A DNA stretch of 64,000 nt, from IMG/VR virus record IMGVR_UViG_3300037454_000906, positions 189,118 to 253,117 of that record; one strand, given 5' to 3'. A program made the position numbers and the translations under genes. Positions 19,891-27,875 of the stretch are shown here, piece after piece (positions within the stretch are counted from its first letter, which is position 1; each line of letters starts with the position of its first letter). Source of the DNA: a virus. The notes beneath the pieces were generated by a model. It had not been told where the DNA came from. It made no database searches and was given only the letters and a program-made list of their open reading frames with translations.

Positions 19891-22428
19891 TTATTCCGTG
19901 CGCAGAGACGAATCGTATGCCACGGTGAGTTCTATTTCTTCGTTTGGGATATTGAACTGCACAATCTCGTTATCATTGGTGTAGTTCGTAACGTTACCCG
20001 TTTCCGGATCAATAAGCGCGAGCGCGGTCTTCGTGCAAAGGATGTTTCTCACCAGCTTGACGTAGTTCATGCCGTACAGCAAGTAATCGAACAGAGCAGA
20101 ACCATTCACCTCACGGAGGTTCTTGAAATGCTCGGTATCCTTGAAGGTGAGTGCATCGGCGCCGGGCTCCATGCTCCATGTCTTTATCGCGTTGAGCAGT
20201 TCCTCGACCATTCCGGCGTCTTTACTGTCGCCTTCGTTGAGCGACTTGCGCCACCGAGGCACTATCGCCTTGAACACCTGCTGCATCACGTTGGACCAGA
20301 TGTAGCCGACAAACCTATCGGTAATCCTGTCACCCGGATCGTTAGGCTTGACATAGGATGTGTAGTAGAAGTTAATGAGGGACTGCATTTCCTTCTGGTT
20401 GGGCAGGGTAAACGTATATTCCTCGGTATTGTCACCCATGAGAGTGAACGTCGAACCTTCCAAGGTTACCGTGCCCGGATTGACATAGTCCCCGGTTAGC
20501 GTCCCAAGCCACGGGTAGTCTTCCAAGTCCATGGACGCATAGCCGTTGTCCGGAACCGTGAACGTGACATCCACGCCGGCCACTTCGGGCATGGTGTGCA
20601 CGATAGCCGCGATTCTTGACCGATATATCGGGGTGCAGAATTCAGTATTGTCCTTCAAGAACCGATAGACGGCCTTTGTTATCTTCTCGCGAACATCGGT
20701 AAAGTTGTTGCCCTTGAACAAGGTCACATCCAGGTGCATGGACATATTGTGCACGGTCGGGAACACGTAACTATGATAGCCGCCCCCCACCGTCACCATC
20801 GCGCGGCGATTCAGGGCCACCATGATGCTATGCAGCTCGCTTCCATCAACGACGTAATCAAACGGGGTCATCATGGCGCCGAACACCCTGGAATCAGGTT
20901 CGGCGACCGGGATATATGGCAGGATTGCATTCTGCATTATCGCATTGAGCGCCTCGCCGGAGTATCCCATGTTTCCGAGCGCCGCGTTAATCTTGGACAC
21001 TATCTTGGCCCCATCATGGGCGACCACCGAACTGTCAATGTCCTCGTAGTCGTATTCCCACGTGTTCATCAGGCCGTTCACCTTGAATCCACTGAGGAAA
21101 TATTCGGATGGGGCCGTCGGATAATACTTACCGTCCTTTTCGCGATACAGGTCCTTGAGGGCGCTGAACCGTATCTGGTTCATATACTTGACGTTGATGC
21201 CGCCATTGGGCAATTTGGTATTCAGGATATCCTCGCCATACGCGGATGCATACTTGATGTCCGCATACCTGCGGAGGAAAGTCTTGTAGCTCGCCCTGGT
21301 TACCAGTCGGTCGAGGGCATTAAAAATTTGTGAAGCGCTGGCCTTGATCGACTCGATGCTCTCTATGTTTAACCCCCCGCGGATGTCCGTGGTCAGGAAC
21401 ATGTTGAGATCGGTAACAAGGAGGTCACTCTCCTTCCCGTTGGCCTGGGTAATCCGGATGGAACCACCCGACGGGGACAACGTGGTACCTTCGACACCAA
21501 GCATATTTCCGTATTCGCCCGATGTGGAGAAATACCTCACCAAGATGTCGCCATAGGGGATTGCCGCCTTGAGGCCGTCACCGAACCGCAATTCGACACC
21601 GCCATCGTTGGACGTCCCGACAATTACGGTGTAATTGGTGGTGAAATTGCGCGCCCCATCGGCGAAGTTCTGGATATCGTTTGCTGTATCCTCGTTAGCG
21701 GGGTCAATGAGGCCACGGCGGGAGATGCGCCAAAACAGCCGGTCGTTCTTTACGGTGCTGGGGTCAATGTTGTCGACCAGGGTCGCGTCACTGGTCACTG
21801 TCGTGAAACATGCCGCCCTCTGCGACACGTGGCCGTCCTCGGCATAATTCGGATCGTTTTCGCCAAAATAGTCCGAGAAAGTCGGGTCGTTCAAGTAGAA
21901 CACCTGGTTCTGTTGGCCGTTGGAGACCAGTGCCTCGGTACGGAACGTTCCTTCAACCAGCACCGCCACCCCCGATACAAGCCGCATCAGTCCGGTGGAG
22001 TCTTCATCGGAATCGCGATCATACGCGAACTCCATGTCGCTCGCCGCCGTCAACGTGCGCGAGCTCATCGTGAACACCGTGCCCTTGGGGATGTACACGC
22101 GAACCGTGTCATATATCCCGGACTTGACAAGACGCAATCCAATTCCCGCCTTGGCAGGAACGGGGCGTCTTACGCTGTAACCGAGCATCCTGGCGCCGGC
22201 ATACACCGCCGATGCGTTGACTGCGCTCTCAAGGAACGCGTTTTCGAAACCGGACTCCGCAAAGTAAGCCCACAGGTCAGTCTCCCCCGCGAACAGTTCT
22301 ATGAGAGTCTTGCCGTAAGCGCTCGCACCGAAGTCGGCCAGCCGGCCTTCCTTGGCCTGGAAAATTGACACGAGATGGTCTCTCGCTTCCTCAAACGATA
22401 TGATTCCGTACTTCCTAGCAGCAGCCAT
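19891..22428 (-). CDS. gp6: Baseplate wedge subunit, T4 gp6 homologue (845 aa)
   Basis: FENAFLESAVNASAVYAGARMLGYSVRRPVPAKA, VELRFGDGLKAAIP, GGLNIESIESIK, RLVTRASY: baseplate-J/gp6 motifs. Confidence 0.85.
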   Translation of the reverse strand: MAAARKYGIISFEEARDHLVSIFQAKEGRLADFGASAYGKTLIELFAGETDLWAYFAESGFENAFLESAVNASAVYAGARMLGYSVRRPVPAKAGIGLRLVKSGIYDTVRVYIPKGTVFTMSSRTLTAASDMEFAYDRDSDEDSTGLMRLVSGVAVLVEGTFRTEALVSNGQQNQVFYLNDPTFSDYFGENDPNYAEDGHVSQRAACFTTVTSDATLVDNIDPSTVKNDRLFWRISRRGLIDPANEDTANDIQNFADGARNFTTNYTVIVGTSNDGGVELRFGDGLKAAIPYGDILVRYFSTSGEYGNMLGVEGTTLSPSGGSIRITQANGKESDLLVTDLNMFLTTDIRGGLNIESIESIKASASQIFNALDRLVTRASYKTFLRRYADIKYASAYGEDILNTKLPNGGINVKYMNQIRFSALKDLYREKDGKYYPTAPSEYFLSGFKVNGLMNTWEYDYEDIDSSVVAHDGAKIVSKINAALGNMGYSGEALNAIMQNAILPYIPVAEPDSRVFGAMMTPFDYVVDGSELHSIMVALNRRAMVTVGGGYHSYVFPTVHNMSMHLDVTLFKGNNFTDVREKITKAVYRFLKDNTEFCTPIYRSRIAAIVHTMPEVAGVDVTFTVPDNGYASMDLEDYPWLGTLTGDYVNPGTVTLEGSTFTLMGDNTEEYTFTLPNQKEMQSLINFYYTSYVKPNDPGDRITDRFVGYIWSNVMQQVFKAIVPRWRKSLNEGDSKDAGMVEELLNAIKTWSMEPGADALTFKDTEHFKNLREVNGSALFDYLLYGMNYVKLVRNILCTKTALALIDPETGNVTNYTNDNEIVQFNIPNEEIELTVAYDSSLRTE

Positions 22429-22455
22429 GTCATCAGTTCCTTGTAATCATAACCA

Positions 22456-22493
22456 GTTTATACGCGGCGCCCCCTTCGGTGCCGACTATAAAC
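22456..22493. promoter_or_regulatory. Divergent pair of late promoters (minus 22456-22462, plus 22487-22493)
   Basis: TATAAAC on both strands facing gp6 and gp14, with a small GC hairpin between. Confidence 0.7.
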
Positions 22494-22510
22494 TATGTCC
22501 AGAGGTTTCA

Positions 22511-23527
22511 ATGCCAGCGTTAGACTTAAATGTCAGTGGGTTCTGCAGGGCGACAACGGTCGTTGTCCCCAATTTTAGCGTTCTCGCGAACGTGCAGGAA
22601 GGGATGTGGGACCCGAAGGCCAAGGGGAACGTCGAACGCTCCGAGCTCATGCAGGCAAATCAGCCTGAATTCGAACACACCGGGCGCATGGGACGGACAA
22701 TGACCTTCCGCAAGCATAATTCGTTCAAGACCCAGAACCTCATCGCCATCATCCAGAGGGGGGCGACCACCGGTATGGGCGGCATGTACTTTACATACTA
22801 CACCACGACGTTCGACCCGTCCAAGAACCCGGTGACGCACGAGGATAATGCCAGGATCATAGACCGGGTGTTTGACATCCCCATGCTGGGCGGGTTCGAC
22901 CCGCAGACGGAGTTCTACCAGAGAATCGGGCTGCAATTCACCACGAAGAAAGAAATCTACATCAACATGGATTTGTTCCTCGAACTGAACTACCAGTCGC
23001 TGAAAGAAAATGCCATTGCCCCGGAATGCCCGGGTACCCACGATCCAATTTATTCTCAGCGCGGGTACTCCAAGTTCAGCTATTATGGATATTCGGCGGG
23101 GCAAATATTCCCCAAGGCCGGCGACCTGCTGAAGCTCGCAAATAACAACATCATGTACCAAATAACCAGTATCACCGACGAGCTACCGGATTACGCCCCG
23201 ATGTACCGCAACTACTGGTGGAAAGCATACCTGGAGGTCGCCGTGGACAGTGGCCAGATCGTTTCGGAAGAGGTTGCGAACAGCCCGGTCAACCGTCACT
23301 TCATCGACAACCTGTTTGGGCAGGCTTCGCTTGGAAAGGCAACCGACGGTACCGTGAACGCAAAGGATACCGAAGCATCCGCCGGCAACCCACTCGCAAT
23401 CCGGGACGACGATCTCGCGAAACTGAAGGACGCCGTTCTGTTCCGACCGCCCGAGGTGGATGAATGCGTAAAGGATATTACCGCCGACCCGAACTACCAG
23501 GCATGCCCCGGTCTCGGTACATGGTAA
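22511..23527 (+). CDS. gp14: Neck protein, T4 gp14 homologue
   Basis: Start moved to ATG 22511 (AGAGG RBS, after promoter); GGFDPQTEFYQRIGLQFTTKKEIYI and PKAGDLLKLANNNIMYQI match the gp14 pattern. Confidence 0.7.
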   Translation: MPALDLNVSGFCRATTVVVPNFSVLANVQEGMWDPKAKGNVERSELMQANQPEFEHTGRMGRTMTFRKHNSFKTQNLIAIIQRGATTGMGGMYFTYYTTTFDPSKNPVTHEDNARIIDRVFDIPMLGGFDPQTEFYQRIGLQFTTKKEIYINMDLFLELNYQSLKENAIAPECPGTHDPIYSQRGYSKFSYYGYSAGQIFPKAGDLLKLANNNIMYQITSITDELPDYAPMYRNYWWKAYLEVAVDSGQIVSEEVANSPVNRHFIDNLFGQASLGKATDGTVNAKDTEASAGNPLAIRDDDLAKLKDAVLFRPPEVDECVKDITADPNYQACPGLGTW

Positions 23528-23558
23528 AAACAAAGAACCCGGGTTTCCCCGGGTTTTT
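23526..23558. terminator. Bidirectional intrinsic terminator
   Basis: AACCCGGG-tttc-CCCGGGTT with A/T tracts between convergent genes. Confidence 0.8.
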
Positions 23559-23578
23559 CAATTTCAGTCAATTTGAGG

Positions 23579-23932
23579 TCAGGCCCCGACACTTTCATCC
23601 TGGGGACGCTCTGTAGCGGCAGGATCGGCAGCTGCTGGTGGGGTGGCCGCCTTGTTCTTCGCGGCCATTCTCGCCTTGAACTTCGCCAGGGGTTCATCGT
23701 GGAACCGCCTACGGTGCCATTGGCTATAGGATTCACCGGATGCCCCGGGGATGCCCGCCGTTACCTGGGTGCTTTCTCCACCCGCTCCCGGTACACCAAG
23801 ACCGACCATGTCCGCCTCGAAGCAGCTCTTGGCGGCTGTGCGGACCGCCTCACATAGTTCCTTGGCGCCAGTCTTTGCGATCATGTTGTCGAGAAAGAGG
23901 TTGAACTTTTCGATGCTTTCATTTAGTGTCAT
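23579..23932 (-). CDS. Hypothetical protein with cargo-type N-terminal motif
   Basis: Start MTLNES at 23932 downstream of TATAAGC (23968-23974); FLDNMIAKTGAKELCEAVRTAAKSCFEA. Confidence 0.7.
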   Translation of the reverse strand: MTLNESIEKFNLFLDNMIAKTGAKELCEAVRTAAKSCFEADMVGLGVPGAGGESTQVTAGIPGASGESYSQWHRRRFHDEPLAKFKARMAAKNKAATPPAAADPAATERPQDESVGA

Positions 23933-23975
23933 GTTGGAATTCCTTGCATTTGGGATTGTACAATACAGCTTATAA

Positions 23976-24737
23976 CTATGCACCAGATAAATCCGTCATC
24001 ATGAACGCACCCGGAGCCTCGCTGATTACCCTCGCTTCCAACTTTTCAAGCCGAGCCGCAGCGGTGTCAAAGATTTCCTTGCCGTTGATTGTCAAGCCAC
24101 CCGGCATGTTAAAGGTATGCTTCTTGAGGATGATGCCAAGCTGTTCCTGTGCGCGCCAGAATGCCATGTCGCGGAACAGAACGTTATTGTACAGCTCGGA
24201 CTTCTTTGCTTTAAGGTAAACCTCGGCTACGGCATTCGTCCTGGAACGAGGGGTCGGGTAGATCCTCAACAGGTGGTCCGTTGGGTGGAACTTGATGTGA
24301 TACTGCGTACCTACCATCTTTTTCACATCCTGCAGATACCTGAGCGCCCCCGAGTAGGTTATCAGGTCGAACTGCCCGAGACCACCGATACCGGCTCCGC
24401 TTATACCCATTAGACTCTCGCCGGGACCAACGTCCCATGCCATCATCGGGCTAAAGGTGTTTCCGTAGCTAGGGTTTACCTCGATGACATTCACCACCCT
24501 GTCGGGTACGCGGTATTCCATGACTCCCGGGAGAAGATGCAGGACCATCAGGTCAATGTACTGCGATTCGTCGATGCAGTAACGATAGAAAAAGTCTTCG
24601 GTATCCTCGATGGCCATATGGATGTGGCCGAGACCACGATCTTCCTCGACGACCATTTCAATATCCTGGCACTGGCCGCCCATCCTGGAAATGATACGGC
24701 GGACCATGTCGTCTCGTGTAATATACTTGGCATCCAT
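23976..24737 (-). CDS. gp13: Neck protein / head-tail adaptor, T4 gp13 homologue
   Basis: RRIISRMGGQCQDIEM...AIEDTEDFFYRY, KEQ-like QEQLGIILKKHTFNMPGGLTINGKEI match the gp13 pattern. Confidence 0.8.
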   Translation of the reverse strand: MDAKYITRDDMVRRIISRMGGQCQDIEMVVEEDRGLGHIHMAIEDTEDFFYRYCIDESQYIDLMVLHLLPGVMEYRVPDRVVNVIEVNPSYGNTFSPMMAWDVGPGESLMGISGAGIGGLGQFDLITYSGALRYLQDVKKMVGTQYHIKFHPTDHLLRIYPTPRSRTNAVAEVYLKAKKSELYNNVLFRDMAFWRAQEQLGIILKKHTFNMPGGLTINGKEIFDTAAARLEKLEARVISEAPGAFMMTDLSGA

Positions 24738-24743
24738 ACCCGC

Positions 24744-24755
24744 AGTTTATAAACT
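24744..24755. promoter_or_regulatory. Palindromic bidirectional late promoter AGTTTATAAACT
   Basis: Perfect 12-bp palindrome holding TATAAAC on both strands, 7 and 8 nt from divergent ATGs (24737, 24763). Confidence 0.75.
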
Positions 24756-24762
24756 TTTACTC

Positions 24763-25416
24763 ATGGAACCACTAGAATATCTCCGCAGCACTCTCTTTTC
24801 CACCACGAACAACCCAGAACTCACCAACGCGATAATGGCATTGTTCAATGTCGCGGGGGACAATACCGAACTGCTCATGAAAGAACTGGTGGAACTGGTT
24901 GGCTACGACATGTCGACACTCATCATGTCGTTGGCTGATGTCGCGTTTGGTAGGGCGCCTGCGCTTGATGTGGACCCGTCATACCAAGATGCGTCGGTGG
25001 AAAACGAGGCGAGACCTAAACACCCGACCGGATGTTTCGTCATGGAACTCAGGCCGCAGGGCAATCCTCTCCAAGCGGCACGGGATGAACAGCAATGGCA
25101 GCACATTCGCAAGTTCAATCCAATGCTTGAACAGGAAATTATGCGATTCAACAACATGAGCGACATTGAAAAACTGATATACATCACTGCTAAAGAAATG
25201 TCGCATAAGTATCCGATCAAGAGAGACCCGAACCGGGTTCACAATCCGATGCCTGTCGTTGACTTCACAGACGATTCCGGGCGAGACTGCTTCTATGACG
25301 AGAATGGACAGCCATGGTTCAGGGGCGACAAGGGCGCCATCTACAAAAAATACGAGCTTGCGGGAGAACGACAATCAGCCGAACATGCGCGGAAACGTGT
25401 CGACCGTGCCCCGTAA
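24763..25416 (+). CDS. Hypothetical protein (217 aa)
   Basis: Start MEPLEY placed 8 nt after TATAAAC; natural-looking composition. Confidence 0.65.
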   Translation: MEPLEYLRSTLFSTTNNPELTNAIMALFNVAGDNTELLMKELVELVGYDMSTLIMSLADVAFGRAPALDVDPSYQDASVENEARPKHPTGCFVMELRPQGNPLQAARDEQQWQHIRKFNPMLEQEIMRFNNMSDIEKLIYITAKEMSHKYPIKRDPNRVHNPMPVVDFTDDSGRDCFYDENGQPWFRGDKGAIYKKYELAGERQSAEHARKRVDRAP

Positions 25417-25956
25417 CTCAATGTCCGGGCGGAACGCTTCCCATTTCTGTATCGAGTTGGAATTCTTCGAGTGGCCACCTGGCGGAACGGCAACAGGGAT
25501 GTGCGGCATGTCGAACATGGACTTGAAGTCACCCTCAACGCCGACGGCTATAGCGTCATCGGAAACCCCGAGCGTCTTTACGCGCATGGACACGGTGGAC
25601 CCGAGTTTTGCCGCTATGAACTCTTTGACTTCCGGCATGGAAACCGGGTCCCCAAAGGCCAAAGTGCATCGAACGCACTTAAAGTCCCACCCGAGAGGGA
25701 CCAACTCCTTCATCGTTCCAGCCAGTAGCGCAGTAGACTGGAGGTCCAGGAATATGCCAAAATATATGGCCCGCCCGCTTTCCGGGAGTTCCATCAGGTG
25801 TTCGAAATTGAAGTTGGTTCGCCAGTCAGCCCCATATTCCTTGGTCCACTGAACCATAACCGGATCGCCCAGGTCATATCCAGCCTTTTCCGACTCAATC
25901 CACTTGTGTCGGAGCATTTCGTCGCGCTGAGCGTCCATGATATCCTTCATCTTCAT
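25375..25956 (-). CDS. DUF4032-like N-terminus fused to a 2H-phosphoesterase-like domain with degenerate motifs (193 aa)
   Basis: EMLRHKWIESEKAGYDLG; YFGIFLD...WDFKCVRCTLAFG...PHIPVAVPPGGHSKNSNSIQKW resembles the tRNA-ligase CPD-type 2H fold. Confidence 0.6.
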   Translation of the reverse strand: MKMKDIMDAQRDEMLRHKWIESEKAGYDLGDPVMVQWTKEYGADWRTNFNFEHLMELPESGRAIYFGIFLDLQSTALLAGTMKELVPLGWDFKCVRCTLAFGDPVSMPEVKEFIAAKLGSTVSMRVKTLGVSDDAIAVGVEGDFKSMFDMPHIPVAVPPGGHSKNSNSIQKWEAFRPDIELRGTVDTFPRMFG

Positions 25957-26004
25957 CGGACCCCTCCATGGAAAAATCTAGCACATTCGATGCGAAAATG
26001 CAAA

Positions 26005-26487
26005 TCAGGACTTGAACTGGCGGTATTTGTATAGAAGAGTGGTAAGCTGTTCGTCAAAATTAGCAAAGATGTTTTTCAAGCCCTCCGGGAACTTTTCGTT
26101 CTTCCCGAGTGCATCGGCCATCCTCGCCTTGATAGTTTCGAGTTCCCGGATCACGGCATCGTCACTTGTGTCGGCATCGGATGCCGGATTCTCAGTCAGC
26201 GAAATATACGCTTCGGCAAGCTGGTCTCCGGTGGAACGGCAGGAATTATATGCATCCTCAAGAAGTTCGTGCTTGGAAAGTTTATTCACTCCCCAATGCA
26301 TATGATTCAGCTTGTTCGACTCCTCAAGGAGCCAGTTGGCAAGTCCCTTTACGGTGTTGAACTCATTGCCCTGCTTGTCGGCAGCCTCCACGCGAGCCAC
26401 TGCAAAGGCCGCGCGCTTTCCCAACATGGCGTCACCGGTAATGGCGGTGGCCGCCTCAATAAGAATCTTGCTGCGTTTAGAATCCAT
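26005..26487 (-). CDS. Ferritin/Dps-like four-helix protein (160 aa)
   Basis: NHMHWGVNKLSKHELLEDAYNSCRSTGDQLAEAY parallels the Dps HW...HELFEELY...DEIAE signature; late promoter at 26514-26520. Confidence 0.6.
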   Translation of the reverse strand: MDSKRSKILIEAATAITGDAMLGKRAAFAVARVEAADKQGNEFNTVKGLANWLLEESNKLNHMHWGVNKLSKHELLEDAYNSCRSTGDQLAEAYISLTENPASDADTSDDAVIRELETIKARMADALGKNEKFPEGLKNIFANFDEQLTTLLYKYRQFKS

Positions 26488-26629
26488 TTCGAACCTCTTT
26501 GATTACGGTTGCAGTTTATATCCGGCGGGGCTACCTGAAACCCCGCCAGTCGTTCTCATCGAACAGGCTCTTGCCAGTGAAGAACCCGATTACGAGGAAC
26601 AAAACGGTAGCCCCGAACGAATACATGTC

Positions 26630-27205
26630 CTATTCCTCCGCAGCCGTTTTGTTTGCTGGTTCCGCGTCGACAGTCGGCGACACGGGTTCCTTGGGCGTCA
26701 TGGTAATCACCATGTCACCACCGGCTTCCTCGCCAACCGACACACCTGCAACCATCGGGTTATTGCCTATCGTTGCAACCATACCGGATGCACCTGGAAT
26801 ATTTGGCGTAAACACTCCGTCCTGGTTCGCCCCCGCAAACGCCTTGATATTGTCCATCAACTGCACAAATTCGGGGCTCTCGACCCATTCCCGGTATTCC
26901 GCATTGAGTTTCTGCAGCATGGCCTTGTCGGCACCACACGCGATTGCCACCCTGGCATCACGGGCCGCCTTGTCCGCTGCAGCCGCCGCGCCTTGCCGGG
27001 CAATTATCTCCTGCACCGTGGCCGAAGTCTTTGGCGGGGGTGGCGCCACGGTCGACCTGTGGGTCGCGATGGCCGCGCGCTTCTGGGCAGCAATTATTTC
27101 CGCTACTGCGGAAGCCTTGGGCGGCGGAGCCGGCGGAAGTGGGTTAGCTTTACGGGTTGCTGCCGCGGCTTTCGCCTGCGCGGTCAGTATTTCTTGAATT
27201 GTCAT
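26630..27205 (-). CDS. Ala/Pro-rich hypothetical protein (191 aa)
   Basis: AAGGA RBS; internal EIIxxQ/Pro-rich repeats. Confidence 0.65.
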   Translation of the reverse strand: MTIQEILTAQAKAAAATRKANPLPPAPPPKASAVAEIIAAQKRAAIATHRSTVAPPPPKTSATVQEIIARQGAAAAADKAARDARVAIACGADKAMLQKLNAEYREWVESPEFVQLMDNIKAFAGANQDGVFTPNIPGASGMVATIGNNPMVAGVSVGEEAGGDMVITMTPKEPVSPTVDAEPANKTAAEE

Positions 27206-27239
27206 CTTTTAACCATCCTTTGTTGAAGAAATTAGTGCA

Positions 27240-27875
27240 TTAACGCCGCATTGTGCGCATCAGGTCCAGCGTCCCTTCGTTGCCAGCCGGCATTACGTCC
27301 GACCCCACCTCAGCGGATTCCTGCCGGGGCTCCGCCGGTTCAGCCGGGGGTGCCGACGATAACCAGCTGTCCCAGGAATCGGCGGTCGGGTGCATTTCGG
27401 GATCGGCCATCTGCGCCGCCTTCCATGGGTCGTACTCCTCGGGAATACCTTCCTGGCCACCAGCCGAGCCGATGTACCCGGATGGCCGGGCCCACGGGTC
27501 ATAAGGATCAAGTGGCTCCGGTGCCGACCTACGGACATCATCGTTCTTTGGCGGCCTGTAGGGGTTGCCGTTATCCGGTAGTTCAAGGTCCTGCATCGAT
27601 ACGTATCGCCATGGGACAAACGTCCGCGTGCCGTCACGCGCGACATATTCGTCGGGATTCTCCTTGCGCAGAATGCTGTCGATATTTCCCTCGGGAGCTT
27701 TCCCATCATATATGCGATCTTCCATGAACAGCCTCGTGAGGTCCCGTTTCTCACCGGATTGTTTGGGTGCATTGGGCGCAGCCGGAGAAGGTCGGCGCCG
27801 TTCAGCGCGGGCCTTCTTGTCGGCCTCGCAGATGCGGCGCTGCTCCTCGATTATTTCGGCGGTGGTCATGGTCAT
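27240..27875 (-). CDS. Pro-rich hypothetical protein (211 aa)
   Basis: Overlaps the gp15 stop by 4 bp; disordered composition. Confidence 0.65.
   Translation of the reverse strand: MTMTTAEIIEEQRRICEADKKARAERRRPSPAAPNAPKQSGEKRDLTRLFMEDRIYDGKAPEGNIDSILRKENPDEYVARDGTRTFVPWRYVSMQDLELPDNGNPYRPPKNDDVRRSAPEPLDPYDPWARPSGYIGSAGGQEGIPEEYDPWKAAQMADPEMHPTADSWDSWLSSAPPAEPAEPRQESAEVGSDVMPAGNEGTLDLMRTMRR

Noticed and set aside
156-21333. Long plus-strand ORFs (e.g. 156-1115, 5132-6481, 6482-7588, 8112-9203, 15488-16534)
   Set aside because: In-register antisense shadows of real minus-strand genes; V/R/H-rich unnatural composition, no RBS or promoter.
27240-27875. DPW motifs resembling eukaryotic epsin AP2-binding motifs
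   Set aside because: Only two copies in a Pro/Asp-rich disordered bacteriophage protein; chance is the simpler explanation.
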